64,000 nt of DNA from Deltaproteobacteria bacterium (GCA_029547045.1 JAKPQL010000022.1:6450-70449); one strand, 5' to 3'; positions 1 through 11,124 are shown, counted from the stretch's first letter. Numbers and translations are program-made. Notes: generated by a model from the letters alone, not told the origin.

Positions 1-977
<977 letters not shown>

Positions 978-984
978 CCCGCCC

Positions 985-3900
985 ATGGGATTCGTCCACC
1001 TCCACTGCCATACCCAGTACAGCCTGCTGGACGGGGCCATCCGTGTGGATGACCTCATCAGGTCCACCAGGGCCTTCGGCCAGGAGGCGGTGGCCATCAC
1101 AGACCACGGCGTCATGTACGGGGCCGTGGAGTTCTATGACAAGGCCCTCAAGGCCGGCATCAGGCCCATCATCGGCTGCGAGATGTACGTGGCCCCCGGC
1201 GACATGGAGCACAAGGAGAACATCCCCGGACTGCCCAAGCACTACCACCTCATCCTCCTGGCCAGGGACAACGAGGGCTACGCGAACCTCATGCGCCTCA
1301 CCTCGCTGGCCCACACCAAGGGGTTCTACTACAAGCCCAGGGTGGACCGCAAAACACTCTCCAGGCTCAGCGGCGGGCTCATCGCCCTGTCCGCATGTCT
1401 CCAGGGGGAGATCCCGTACTGGCTGCTCAGGGGCGACGAGGCAAAGGCCCAGGACGCCCTCGACTTCTACCGGAGCACCTTCGGCGGGGACTTCTGCCTG
1501 GAGATCCAGCACAACGGTTTGCCGGACCAGGACACGGTCAACCCCATGATCGTGGACATGGCCCGCCGCAGCGGTACCCCGCTGGTGGCCACCAACGACT
1601 GTCACTACCTGAAGCGCGAGGATGCCAGGGCCCACGAGGTCCTGTTGTGCATCCAGACCCAGAACACCATCCACGACAAGGGACGCATGAGCTTCGAGAG
1701 CGACCAGCTCTACCTCAAGAGCCCCCAGGAGATGGCGGCGGATTTCCACTGGATCCCCGAGGCCCTGGACATGACCGCCGAGATCGCCTCGCGCTGCCAC
1801 GTGGAGATCCCCAAGGACAAGTACCGCTTCCCGGTCTATCCCGTGCCCGCGGGGACCACCTTGGAGGAGGTTATCGAGGAGAAGGCGTGGGAAGGCCTCA
1901 GGGCGAGGATGGGAGGGGAGATCCCGGAACACTATGCGGCACGGCTCACAGAAGAGCTCGCCATCATCAAATCCATGGGCTTTGCCGGGTATTTCCTCAT
2001 AGTGGCCGACTACATCCAGTACGCCAAGGACCACGGCATCCCCGTGGGGCCCGGCAGGGGCAGCGCGGCGGGGTCGCTCGCCGCCTACGGCCTGCGCATC
2101 ACGGATATCGACCCCATCCGCTGGAACCTCCTCTTCGAGCGGTTCCTGAATCCCGAGCGCAGGAGCATGCCCGATATCGACGTGGACTTCTGCCAGAATC
2201 GCAGGGAAGATGTCATCGAGTACGTGAAGAACCGCTACGGTCCGGAGTACGTGAGCCAGATCACCACCTTCGGCAACATGAAGGCCAAGGCCGTTATCCG
2301 CGATGTCGGCAGGGTGCTCGGCATGAGCTACGCCGAGGTTGACAGGATCGCCAAGCTCATCCCCAACGACCTCAACATCACCCTGGAGCAGGCCCTTGCG
2401 GCAGAGCCGCGTCTGAAGGAGCTCTCCCAGAGCGACCCCATGGTGGGCCAGCTCATCGGGATCGCCAGGGCCCTGGAGGGCCTGAACCGCCATGCCTCGG
2501 TCCACGCTGGGGGTGTCATCATCTCTGACGACAGGCCGGTCACCGACCACATCCCCGTGTATGTCGACAAGAAGGGCATGCTCATCAGCCAGTACGACAT
2601 GAAGCGCATCGAGCGCGTGGGGCTCATCAAGTTCGACATCCTGGGGCTCAAGACGCTCACCGTGATCGCCAAGACCGTGGAGATCCTCAAGGCCCAGGGT
2701 GTGGACCTCGACGTATCCGCCATCCCCCTGGACGACGCGCTCACCTACCAGCTCATCGGGGAAGGGGACACCAACTGCGTGTTCCAGCTGGAAAGCTCCG
2801 GCATGAAGAACACGCTGAGACAGCTCAGGCCGGAGAAGTTCGAGGACATCATCGCTGCGGTGGCGCTGTACCGGCCGGGCCCCATGGACCTGATCCACTC
2901 CTACGTGGAGAGGAGGCACGGCCGCCAGGAGATCGAGTACCCCCACCCCCTGCTGGAAAAGATCCTCAAGGAGACCTACGGCATCATCGTGTACCAGGAG
3001 CAGGTCATGCAGATCGCCCAGGAGATGGCAGGCTACTCCCTGGGCAAGGCCGACCTGCTGAGGCGGGCCATGGGCAAGAAGATCCGGGACGAGATGGCCA
3101 CCCAGCGGGAGATCTTTGTCGCGGGGGCCCAGGCTCGGGGGGTGGCCAGTGAAAAGGCGGGCGAGATCTTCGACCTCATGGAGAAGTTCGCCGACTACGG
3201 CTTCAACAAGTCCCATGCCGCGGCATATGCCCTGGTGGCCTGCCAGACCGCCTACCTGAAGGCCCACCACTTCCAGGAGTTCATGGCCGCGAACCTGACA
3301 CTGGACCTGAGCAACACGGACAAGGTGGCCCAGCACATCGCCGAGTGCAGGCGCAGGGGCGTGGCCGTGCTCAGCCCGGACATCAACGAGAGCAGCTTCG
3401 AGTTCGTGGTCACGCGCGAAGGCATCCGCTTCGGGCTCGGAGCCATCAAGAACGTGGGGAAGGGGGCCGTAGAGGCCATACTGGAGGAACGGAGCAAGGC
3501 CGGACCGTTCAAGGACCTCGCCTCCTTTCTCCACCGGATCGCACTCTCCAAGGTCAACCGGCGCGTGGTGGAGTCCCTCATCAAGGCCGGGGCGTTCGAC
3601 CGCCTGCACGACAACCGCAGGGCCATGTTCGAACACCTGGACAAGCTCCTGGATCAGGCCCAGCGTGACGCCCGGAGCCGGCTCGACGCCCAGGGCTCCC
3701 TCTTCAGCCTGGAGGAGTTCGCCCACGAGGACAAGGACAGGCCCTGCGTACTGCCCGACATGCCCGACTGGCCCGAGGCCGAGCGTCTCAAGATGGAGAA
3801 GGAGGGCATGGGATTCTACCTGTCCGGACACCCCCTGCACAAGTACGCCGACCTCATGAACAAGTATGCCACCGCCACGACGCTGACCCTCCGCGAGGCC

Positions 3901-4422
3901 CCGTCGCCGGTGGTTCTCGCAGGGGTCCTGAACAACGTCACCGTCACCCGGACCAAGAAGGGTGAGGCCATGGCTCGGGCCGTGCTGGAGGACCTGGAGG
4001 GCTCCGCCCCGGTGGTCTTCTTCCCGGCCTGCTACGGGAAGTACCAGGCCCTCATCGCATCCGACGAGCCGGTGATCGTCCGGGCGAGGATCAAGGGGGA
4101 TGACGAGAACGGGGGCCCCGAGAAGGAGGCCGCCATCCCCGAACTCCAGGCGGAGGAGGTCATGCCCCTGGACGGAGCGGAGCTGATCCTGGCGAAGCGG
4201 GTGGTGGTGAGGGTCTCGGGGGGGATCAGACCGGATGCGATCAAGACCCTCAAGGACACGGTCATGCAGTGCAGGGGGGCCTGCCCCTTGTGCTTCGAGG
4301 TGGAGACGGACGATGCCGTGGTGAACATCGATGCCGGCAAGGACTACATGGTGACCCCAGGACGCGATCTCATCGGGCGCCTGTGCGACATCGTCGGCGC
4401 CAAGGGGGTGGAGCTCCAGTGA
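985..4422 (+). CDS. dnaE: DNA polymerase III alpha subunit
   Basis: 1145 aa. N-terminal PHP domain (HLHCHTQYSLLDG) and the conserved polymerase core. Length is typical of DnaE. Confidence 0.95.
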   Translation: MGFVHLHCHTQYSLLDGAIRVDDLIRSTRAFGQEAVAITDHGVMYGAVEFYDKALKAGIRPIIGCEMYVAPGDMEHKENIPGLPKHYHLILLARDNEGYANLMRLTSLAHTKGFYYKPRVDRKTLSRLSGGLIALSACLQGEIPYWLLRGDEAKAQDALDFYRSTFGGDFCLEIQHNGLPDQDTVNPMIVDMARRSGTPLVATNDCHYLKREDARAHEVLLCIQTQNTIHDKGRMSFESDQLYLKSPQEMAADFHWIPEALDMTAEIASRCHVEIPKDKYRFPVYPVPAGTTLEEVIEEKAWEGLRARMGGEIPEHYAARLTEELAIIKSMGFAGYFLIVADYIQYAKDHGIPVGPGRGSAAGSLAAYGLRITDIDPIRWNLLFERFLNPERRSMPDIDVDFCQNRREDVIEYVKNRYGPEYVSQITTFGNMKAKAVIRDVGRVLGMSYAEVDRIAKLIPNDLNITLEQALAAEPRLKELSQSDPMVGQLIGIARALEGLNRHASVHAGGVIISDDRPVTDHIPVYVDKKGMLISQYDMKRIERVGLIKFDILGLKTLTVIAKTVEILKAQGVDLDVSAIPLDDALTYQLIGEGDTNCVFQLESSGMKNTLRQLRPEKFEDIIAAVALYRPGPMDLIHSYVERRHGRQEIEYPHPLLEKILKETYGIIVYQEQVMQIAQEMAGYSLGKADLLRRAMGKKIRDEMATQREIFVAGAQARGVASEKAGEIFDLMEKFADYGFNKSHAAAYALVACQTAYLKAHHFQEFMAANLTLDLSNTDKVAQHIAECRRRGVAVLSPDINESSFEFVVTREGIRFGLGAIKNVGKGAVEAILEERSKAGPFKDLASFLHRIALSKVNRRVVESLIKAGAFDRLHDNRRAMFEHLDKLLDQAQRDARSRLDAQGSLFSLEEFAHEDKDRPCVLPDMPDWPEAERLKMEKEGMGFYLSGHPLHKYADLMNKYATATTLTLREAPSPVVLAGVLNNVTVTRTKKGEAMARAVLEDLEGSAPVVFFPACYGKYQALIASDEPVIVRARIKGDDENGGPEKEAAIPELQAEEVMPLDGAELILAKRVVVRVSGGIRPDAIKTLKDTVMQCRGACPLCFEVETDDAVVNIDAGKDYMVTPGRDLIGRLCDIVGAKGVELQ

Positions 4423-5348
4423 AGAACAAGGAAAAGTTCACCGACATCGACAATGCACTCAAGGAGCTGCAAGAGACCATCTCCCGTCTCAAGGGCATCG
4501 ACACCGCCGAGATCGAACGGAAGGTGGAGGTCTTCCGGAAGGATCTCTACGAGGGCATCTCCCGCTGGGGGAGCGTGGAACTCTCCCGGCACGGCGAGCG
4601 GCCGGGCATTGACGATTTCATCAAGGGGATATTCTCCGGCTTCATCGAGCTCAAGGGCGACAGGCTCTACGAGGACGACCCTGCGGTGGTGGGCGGAATC
4701 GCCTTCCTCGACGGCACCCCGGTGGTGGTGGCGGGCCACAGGAAGCGTTCCGGAGGGAAGAAGGACTATATCCGCCATCACTACGGCATGGCGAGCCCGT
4801 CCGGACACCACAAGGCAATGCGTCTCTACCGGCTGGCCGAGAAGTTCGGCCGGCCCATCATCACCTTCGTGGATACCCCGGGCGCATATCCGGTGCCCGA
4901 GGCGGAGGACAGGGGGCAGGCCTTCTCCATAGCCCGGTGCATCCAGGCAGTGGCGTCGGTGAGGACGCCGGTGGTGGCGTGCATCATCGGCGAGGCCGGT
5001 TCGGGTGGCGCCCTGGCCCTGGGCTTCGGCGACCGCATCATCATGCTGGAGAACGCCTTCTACAGTGCCATCAGCCCGGAAGGATTCTCCTCCATCATCT
5101 ACAAGGACGTCTCCAAGAAGGAGAAGGCTGCGGAGGCACTGAAGGGCAGCGGCAGGGACCTCTATGCCGCGGGCATTGTGGACTACCTGGTCAAGGAGCC
5201 CATAGGCGGGGCACAGAACGACCCCGCCCATGTGGTGGAGGAGGTGGCCAAGGCGGTGCGCCAGTATGTGCACGAGCTGGTGAAGATACCCGCAGAGGAG
5301 ATCATCCGGGCGAGGTCCGCATTCATCGCGCGGCTTGTCCCGTCCTGA
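4419..5348 (+). CDS. accA: Acetyl-CoA carboxylase carboxyltransferase alpha subunit
   Basis: A GTG start overlaps the dnaE stop (GTGA). The translation has the motifs RPIITFVDTPGAYP and GEAGSGGALA typical of AccA. The annotated ORF start at 4269 lies inside dnaE and is rejected. Confidence 0.9.
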   Translation: MKNKEKFTDIDNALKELQETISRLKGIDTAEIERKVEVFRKDLYEGISRWGSVELSRHGERPGIDDFIKGIFSGFIELKGDRLYEDDPAVVGGIAFLDGTPVVVAGHRKRSGGKKDYIRHHYGMASPSGHHKAMRLYRLAEKFGRPIITFVDTPGAYPVPEAEDRGQAFSIARCIQAVASVRTPVVACIIGEAGSGGALALGFGDRIIMLENAFYSAISPEGFSSIIYKDVSKKEKAAEALKGSGRDLYAAGIVDYLVKEPIGGAQNDPAHVVEEVAKAVRQYVHELVKIPAEEIIRARSAFIARLVPS

Positions 5349-5434
5349 AGCCGGGGAGGTTTTTTCCCGCCCGAGGGGAAAGAATGTACCGATTCAAGAT
5401 ACGGGGGCCTGATGTCGACTGGGGATGCAGGGGA

Positions 5435-5450
5435 TGGCACCATCCTTGCT
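5435..5450 (+). promoter_or_regulatory. Sigma-54 (RpoN) -24/-12 promoter element TGGCAC-N5-TTGCT
   Basis: The sequence tggcac catcc ttgct is an exact match to the TGGCAC-N5-TTGCW consensus. It sits about 23 nt upstream of the AGGAGG RBS and ATG of the 5473 gene. Confidence 0.5.
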
Positions 5451-5472
5451 TCCACAGGGTCAGGAGGAGCAT

Positions 5473-5898
5473 ATGAAGATTGATCCGAACATGGTCATCG
5501 GCTCGGTAACCCCTGCCGCACCCAAGGCGTCACGCAACGCCACGGGGTCGTTCGAAGGGGTCCTCCAGGGACTGGAGACGGGTACGGTGCAGAAGGCCGG
5601 AGTCGTCCATGCCGGGTTCCGGCAGACACCCATCAGCCCGCAGAAGCTCCAGGCCGTGGGGGTGAGCGAGGAGGCCCTCGACCTGATGGAGCGGTATTCC
5701 CGCGCTGTGGCCGACCCTGCCGTGACCCCCAGGGCCCTGGCGCCCATGGTGGATGAGATGGATGCCGTGCGGTCGCGGGTGGACGAGGCTTCCACCTTCC
5801 TCTCGGACGACGACCCGCTCAGGGCCGTCATGAAGGACGTCTCCTCGGCGCTCTACGGGGAGGTCCTCCGTTTCCGGAGGGGTGAGCTGAACGGCTGA
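5473..5898 (+). CDS. Hypothetical protein, 141 aa (acidic C-terminal half; no family recognised; a distant FlgM-like resemblance is unverified)
   Basis: ORF with a strong RBS (AGGAGG 5-10 nt upstream), preceded by a sigma-54 element and immediately followed by pilD (stop and start 1 nt apart). Confidence 0.5.
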   Translation: MKIDPNMVIGSVTPAAPKASRNATGSFEGVLQGLETGTVQKAGVVHAGFRQTPISPQKLQAVGVSEEALDLMERYSRAVADPAVTPRALAPMVDEMDAVRSRVDEASTFLSDDDPLRAVMKDVSSALYGEVLRFRRGELNG

Positions 5899-5899
5899 T

Positions 5900-6664
5900 A
5901 TGGCGATCCTTGTCGCGCTCCTCGGCCTGTTCGTGGGGAGCTTCCTCAACGTCTGCATCTACCGGATACCGCGCCGGGAGTCTATCGTATGGCCCGGATC
6001 GCGCTGTACCCGGTGCGGGACCCCCATCCGGCCGTGGGACAACATCCCGGTGATCAGCTACCTGGTCCTTGCCGGGAAGTGCAGGGGCTGCGGCGAGCCC
6101 ATATCTGTGCGTTATCCGGTGGTGGAGCTCCTCAGTGCGCTGCTTGCGGTGAGCCTGCTGTACCGGTTCGGGCCCACACCGGCCTTCGCCATCTACTACG
6201 CCTGGGCCTGCGTGCTGCTCATCATCACCTTCATCGACCTGGACTACCAGATCATACCGGACAGGTTCTCCATCGGGGGCATCGTGGCGGGCCTGCCGCT
6301 CGTGTACTGGTTGCCCGTGACGTACCGGGACGCGCTCCTGGGCATGCTCCTGGGCGGGGGGATGCTCCTGGCCATCATCTACGGGTACTACTTCCTCACC
6401 AGGAAGGAAGGCATGGGAGGCGGCGACGTGAAGCTTCTCGCCATGATCGGCGTGTTCACGGGCTGGCAGGGCGTCCTCTTCACCATCTTCACGGCCTCTC
6501 TCTGCGGAAGTCTGGTGGGCATCCCCTGGGCCTTCCTGAAAAAGGGCGCCGAGGGCACCATGAAGGCGGCCATCCCCTTCGGGCCGTTCCTGGCCCTGGG
6601 CGCCATGATCTACGTGCTCTGGGGGCAGAACATCATCGACTGGTACTTCGGCCTGCTCGGCTAG
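5900..6664 (+). CDS. pilD: Prepilin leader peptidase / N-methyltransferase (peptidase A24)
   Basis: N-terminal Cys cluster CTRCGTPI…CRGCGEPI, a polytopic membrane profile and the GGGDVKLLAMIG motif. Confidence 0.85.
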   Translation: MAILVALLGLFVGSFLNVCIYRIPRRESIVWPGSRCTRCGTPIRPWDNIPVISYLVLAGKCRGCGEPISVRYPVVELLSALLAVSLLYRFGPTPAFAIYYAWACVLLIITFIDLDYQIIPDRFSIGGIVAGLPLVYWLPVTYRDALLGMLLGGGMLLAIIYGYYFLTRKEGMGGGDVKLLAMIGVFTGWQGVLFTIFTASLCGSLVGIPWAFLKKGAEGTMKAAIPFGPFLALGAMIYVLWGQNIIDWYFGLLG

Positions 6665-6719
6665 AGCCGCTTCGACCGTCCCGGTGCTTTCCACGCCGGG
6701 ATGCCCCGCCTGATCCGCA

Positions 6720-7115
6720 TCACCCCTTCAGGGCAATGCAGGAGATCTCCACGAGCACGTCCCGTGGCAGCCTCGATACCTGAACCGCAACCCTGGCGGG
6801 TTTGACGGCGCCGGGGAAGAACGATGCGTACACCTCGTTCATCGCTGAAAAGTCATTGAGATCCTTCAGGAAGACCTCCGCCCTGACCACGTTTTCCATG
6901 GTCAGGCCCGCGGCCTTCAAAACGGCGGAGATGTTCTCCAGGACCCGGGAGGTCTGCTCCCTGATTCCCCCCTCCACGATGCCCCCTGTGGACGGGTGCA
7001 GGGGGATCTGGCCGGATACGAACACAAACCCTCCCGCGAGGGTTGCCTGCGAGTAGGGGCCGATGGCCGATGGCGCATCGCCGGACGCGATGGCCGTGAT
7101 CAACGGCGTGGTCAT
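6720..7115 (-). CDS. ridA: RidA/YjgF family reactive-intermediate deaminase
   Basis: 131 aa with the YjgF signature (…PYSQA…GQIP…RVAVQV…). Confidence 0.85.
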   Translation of the reverse strand: MTTPLITAIASGDAPSAIGPYSQATLAGGFVFVSGQIPLHPSTGGIVEGGIREQTSRVLENISAVLKAAGLTMENVVRAEVFLKDLNDFSAMNEVYASFFPGAVKPARVAVQVSRLPRDVLVEISCIALKG

Positions 7116-7253
7116 GACGGTTCCTCCTTTTCATTCCATACGGAAAGCCTCCTCATGAACATACTCCGGTTCCCGCATGCACGGCAAGGGGGCTGAGGAG
7201 AGGATGCCGGACGGGGATTTGATCAAAAAAAGAACGAGCGTTCGATAAATAAC

Positions 7254-7282
7254 TTGCCTTTTCTGCCCGTGGCATGTATGCT
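7254..7282 (+). promoter_or_regulatory. Candidate sigma-70 promoter TTGCCT-N17-TATGCT for the flavin oxidoreductase gene
   Basis: Hexamers with a 17-nt spacer lie about 30 nt upstream of ATG 7313, whose RBS is AGGAG. The region is divergent from ridA. Confidence 0.3.
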
Positions 7283-7312
7283 GTCAGGAGTACGATATGC
7301 AAGGAGATGCGT

Positions 7313-9247
7313 ATGGAACGTCTGTCCCACCTTCTGTCCCCCCTCGACATCAGGGGTCTGCGCCTGGAGAACCGTGTCGTCATGCCTCCCATGGGAACCA
7401 ACCTGGGCGCCAAGGACGGCACGGTGAGCGATGAACTCGTTGCCTACATGAAGCGCAGGGCCGGTGCGGCCCCGGGGCTCATCATCGCCGAGATCGCCGC
7501 GGTCCATGAGTCCGGGTCCCTCATCAACACCGAGCTCGGCATCCATGACGACCGGTTCATCCCTGGGCTTGCGAGGCTTGCCCGCGCCATCCACGACGGG
7601 GGCGCCCGGGCGGCCATCCAGCTCCACCATGGCGGCCGCGAGTGCTTCTTCCATCTGAGCGAAGGCAGGGCCCTGGGGCCGTCCGCCGTACCGTCCCTGA
7701 TCTACGGGGTCGCCCCCCGGGAGATGGGCAGCGAGGATTTGGGCATGATCCGCGAGGCATTCGGGGCTGCAGCCGTGCGCGCCAGGGAGGCGGGGTTCGA
7801 CATGGTGGAGATCCATGCGGCCCACGGATACCTGCTCTGCCAGTTTCTCTCTCCGCTCGCCAACAGGCGCCAGGATGAATACGGATCCACCATGGAGAAC
7901 CGGGCGAGGTTCGTGCGCGAGGTCATTGCCGAGGTGAGGCACCGGGTGGGTGGGGGGTTCCCCATCTCGGTGCGCCTGTCCGTGGACGAGAGTATCAGGG
8001 GCGGGTATACCACCGAGGATATCCTGCCGGTCATCCCCGGCTTTGTCACCGCAGGGGCCGACGTCATCCACGCATCGCTGGGCACCTACGGGAGCCCGGC
8101 CGGCGTTACCAGCGCGCCTGTGGAGTTCGAGCCGGGATTCAACGCCTGGAGGGCGCGGAAGGTGAAAGAGGTGGTGAGGGTTCCTGTGATCACGGTGGGC
8201 AGGTTCACGGACCCTGCCATGGCGGATGCCGTGATCGCCAGGGGAGATGCAGACCTGGTCTCCTTCGGCAGGCAGTTCCTGGCCGATCCGGACTTCCTCG
8301 TCAAGGCACGGCAGGGAAGAGATGCCGACATCCGGCGGTGCATCGCCTGCAACCAGGGGTGCATCGAGCGCCTCATGTTCGAAGGCAAGAAGGTCCGTTG
8401 CGCCATCAACCCTGAAACCGGACAGGAGACACAGTATCCGAAAGGTCCTGCGGCCTCCCCCAAGATCGTCTGGGTGGCGGGAGCGGGCCCTGCGGGCCTG
8501 ACCGCGGCCTTCGAGGCCGCCCGGCTCGGTCACAAGGTCACCATCTTCGAGAAGGAGGCAAAAGCAGGGGGCCAGATCAGGTTTGCAGCCATTCCACCCT
8601 TCAAGGAGGTCTACGGGGCATGGATACAGTGGCTCGAGCAGAAGGTCCGCCAGGCCGGGGTCGAGATCCGCACCGGGGTGGAGATGTCTGCAGATTCCCT
8701 TGAGAAGGGCAGGCCGGATCATGTCATCATCGCCACAGGCGGAGAGAAGGTGGTGCCTCCCATCGAGGGCATTGACCTTCCCCACGTGTATGATGCATGG
8801 GAGATCCTTTCGGGCATGGCCTCTCCAGGCAGGGACGTGCTGGTCATTGGAGGCGGACTCATCGGCATGGAGACTGCGGACTACCTCTGCGCACAGGCAA
8901 AGACCCTCACCGTGGTGGAGGCGCTGCAGGCTTCGCCCGTGTCCAAACTGACATCCCATGGATACATGCTCCACAAGAGGCTCAGGGATGCAGGGTGTGC
9001 TCTCGTGTTCGGGGGTACCGTGACTGCCGTCATGAAGGATTCGGTGAGTGTCCTCGTCAAGGGAGAGGAACGGTTGATCGCGCCCGTGGACCAGGTGGTG
9101 GTGGCGGTGGGACTGTCGCCCAGACAGGGGCTCAAGGATGTCTGTGAACGGCTCGGCATCCCCCATGCACTGGTCGGTGATGCGTCCGTGCCCAGGCGCA
9201 TCATCGAGGCCACCGAGGAAGGGGCCAGGGCCGCCTGGGGGGTATGA
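7313..9247 (+). CDS. NADH:flavin oxidoreductase (Old Yellow Enzyme / 2,4-dienoyl-CoA reductase-like) with C-terminal FAD/NAD(P)-binding domain
   Basis: N-terminal TIM-barrel OYE motifs (RVVMPPMGTNLG…HAAHGYLL), Cys cluster CIACNQGC and a Rossmann motif VAGAGPAGL. Confidence 0.85.
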   Translation: MERLSHLLSPLDIRGLRLENRVVMPPMGTNLGAKDGTVSDELVAYMKRRAGAAPGLIIAEIAAVHESGSLINTELGIHDDRFIPGLARLARAIHDGGARAAIQLHHGGRECFFHLSEGRALGPSAVPSLIYGVAPREMGSEDLGMIREAFGAAAVRAREAGFDMVEIHAAHGYLLCQFLSPLANRRQDEYGSTMENRARFVREVIAEVRHRVGGGFPISVRLSVDESIRGGYTTEDILPVIPGFVTAGADVIHASLGTYGSPAGVTSAPVEFEPGFNAWRARKVKEVVRVPVITVGRFTDPAMADAVIARGDADLVSFGRQFLADPDFLVKARQGRDADIRRCIACNQGCIERLMFEGKKVRCAINPETGQETQYPKGPAASPKIVWVAGAGPAGLTAAFEAARLGHKVTIFEKEAKAGGQIRFAAIPPFKEVYGAWIQWLEQKVRQAGVEIRTGVEMSADSLEKGRPDHVIIATGGEKVVPPIEGIDLPHVYDAWEILSGMASPGRDVLVIGGGLIGMETADYLCAQAKTLTVVEALQASPVSKLTSHGYMLHKRLRDAGCALVFGGTVTAVMKDSVSVLVKGEERLIAPVDQVVVAVGLSPRQGLKDVCERLGIPHALVGDASVPRRIIEATEEGARAAWGV

Positions 9248-9315
9248 GACCGGCAGAGGCCAGCATGCTGGGCATCACCTTCAGTACAGTCTGCATCGGT
9301 TCTGTTTGACGCCGA

Positions 9316-9352
9316 GGGAGGCCCGCTGACCGGTGGGCCTCCCCTGTTTTCC
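9316..9352 (+). terminator. Rho-independent terminator after the oxidoreductase gene
   Basis: GGGAGGCCC-(10 nt loop)-GGGCCTCCC stem followed by CTGTTTTCCGTCTTTCT. Confidence 0.6.
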
Positions 9353-9370
9353 GTCTTTCTCGGGCTTCAA

Positions 9371-9398
9371 ACATCTGCTAAGCTGAAGCCGCAGATGT
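9371..9398 (+). repeat. 8-bp inverted repeat ACATCTGC…GCAGATGT (12-nt loop) in the 5' leader of the HDAC-like gene
   Basis: Read directly from the sequence. It lies about 45 nt upstream of ATG 9443. Confidence 0.3.
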
Positions 9399-9442
9399 GT
9401 TCCGCGGGCATGTCCCGCTCGATGGAAAAGGAGCCCAGTGCG

Positions 9443-10579
9443 ATGAAATCCGCATTTATCTATACCCCGGCCTTCGACACCTACAGCCTCGGGACGGACC
9501 ACCCCTTCAAGCCGTACAAGGCCACCATGGTCTATGAGCTCTGTTACCGCTACGGTCTCTTCGACCACCCATGGATCAAGGTCCTCGAGCCGATGCCGTC
9601 TCCCGAGGAAGTTATGGCAGAGTACCACTCCCAGGAGTACATCGAGGCCCTCAAGGCCTGTAACGGCGGATACTACGACTTCACCATGCTCCACTTCGGC
9701 CTGGGTACCGGGGACAACCCCGTGTTCAAGGGGGTGTACGATTTCTCCCTGCTCGTACTCGGGGCCACCATGGCCGGCACCGAGTGCATCCTCAATGGTG
9801 AGGCCGATACGGTCTTCAGCCCGGTGGGCGGCCTCCACCACGGAGGACTGGGGCATGCCGAGGGGTTCTGCTATGTGAACGACATCGTCATTGCCATCAA
9901 GAGGATGCTGAAGAGGGGGTTCAGGAAGGTCCTGTACGTGGACATCGATGCGCACCACGGCAACGGGGTGCAGGACGCATTCTACGATACCGACGAGGTC
10001 CTGTTCATATCCATCCACCAGAACGGGGAATCCCTCTACCCGGGCACCGGGTTCGAGAACGAGATCGGCGAGGGCAGGGGGAAGGGGTATACGGTGAACA
10101 TGCCCCTGCCTGAATACACCGATGACGAGGTCTATGTACGGGTGTTCAAGGAGATCTTTCCCCCACTGGCCAAGGCCTTCGACCCGGACTGCGTGGTGGC
10201 GCAGATCGGACTGGATACGCTCAAGCGGGACCCGCTGACAAACCTCCGGCTTACCAACAACGGGTACTGCGCGGTCATGGAGGAGATCCGCAGGGGCTCA
10301 TCGAAGATCCTGGCCCTGGGCGGCGGGGGCTACAGCGTGCCGGACGTGGTGAGGGGCTGGACACTGGCGTGGGCGATCCTGAACGGGGTCAAGCCCGTGG
10401 ACCATTTCGTGGGGAGCGTGGGGAGCGGCGTGTACGGTCACGGACAGAGCTTCGATCAGCTCTACGACGAGCCCCACCGTGTCTCCGATGCCTTGAAAAA
10501 GTCAGTGGACAGCTATGTGGACAATAAGCTAGCCTATATCAAGGAGCAGGTGTTCCCGATTCACGGCCTTTCATCATGA
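9443..10579 (+). CDS. Histone deacetylase family protein (AcuC / acetylpolyamine amidohydrolase-like, Zn-dependent)
   Basis: HDAC-fold motifs (…GFCYVNDIV…DIDAHHGNGVQD…GGGGY). The RBS is AAAGGAG. The annotated upstream start 9395 includes the leader hairpin and is not preferred. Confidence 0.8.
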   Translation: MKSAFIYTPAFDTYSLGTDHPFKPYKATMVYELCYRYGLFDHPWIKVLEPMPSPEEVMAEYHSQEYIEALKACNGGYYDFTMLHFGLGTGDNPVFKGVYDFSLLVLGATMAGTECILNGEADTVFSPVGGLHHGGLGHAEGFCYVNDIVIAIKRMLKRGFRKVLYVDIDAHHGNGVQDAFYDTDEVLFISIHQNGESLYPGTGFENEIGEGRGKGYTVNMPLPEYTDDEVYVRVFKEIFPPLAKAFDPDCVVAQIGLDTLKRDPLTNLRLTNNGYCAVMEEIRRGSSKILALGGGGYSVPDVVRGWTLAWAILNGVKPVDHFVGSVGSGVYGHGQSFDQLYDEPHRVSDALKKSVDSYVDNKLAYIKEQVFPIHGLSS

Positions 10580-10644
10580 TGCCGTGAGCGGGAGGTTGCC
10601 TTGGCGGGCGAGATTCCATCCGGGGACGTTTTCGGGGTGATGTT

Positions 10645-11124
10645 ATGACTGAGGAGAAGAAAGAGGAACGAAGGGGATATACCTTTCTGGACAAGAGGGG
10701 CATGGATGTGCCGGACCCCCGGGACCATCAGGGTGGCGGGCAGGGTGGCGGGAGCCCTGATCAGGAACCGAAACCCGGTGTCCGGCAGGGGCAGGGCGGA
10801 TGGCAGCGACATGAGCAGCCTCGCCACCCTGAACCCAGGGGGCCTCAGCGGCAGCCATCCCATGGCGAGCCCCTGGCCATCGATTTCACCACCCTGGTCA
10901 TGAGCTTTGCCAGTGCGGCCATGATCAGCATGGGCAGGGTGCCCGAGCCCGCAACCGGGACGATCCACCGGGACCTTGCCACTGCGCAGCAGAACATAGA
11001 CATCCTCACCCTCCTCCAGGAGAAGACCAGGGGAAACCTGAATGCCGATGAGGAACGGCTCATGGACCAGATCCTCTATGAACTGAGGATGAGCTTTGTC
11101 GAAGCGATGAAGGAAGGACAATGA
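10645..11124 (+). CDS. DUF1844 domain protein (Gly/Pro/Gln-rich N-terminus, conserved C-terminal helices)
   Basis: The C-terminal motifs IDFTTLVMSFASAAMISMG…IDILTLLQEKTRGNL are typical of the deltaproteobacterial DUF1844 family. The stop overlaps the htrA start. Confidence 0.6.
   Translation: MTEEKKEERRGYTFLDKRGMDVPDPRDHQGGGQGGGSPDQEPKPGVRQGQGGWQRHEQPRHPEPRGPQRQPSHGEPLAIDFTTLVMSFASAAMISMGRVPEPATGTIHRDLATAQQNIDILTLLQEKTRGNLNADEERLMDQILYELRMSFVEAMKEGQ

Noticed and set aside
4269-4418. Upstream ATG start of the accA ORF
   Set aside because: It lies wholly inside dnaE. The conserved AccA N-terminus begins at GTG 4419, overlapping the dnaE stop.
5349-5400. Putative terminator after accA (GGGAGGTTTTTTCCCGCCC)
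   Set aside because: The T-run is present but the flanking sequences do not form a convincing stem (the arms are not complementary).
7223-9166. 647-aa minus-strand ORF opposite the OYE-like oxidoreductase
   Set aside because: High-GC antisense artefact. The plus-strand gene has clear flavin oxidoreductase motifs.
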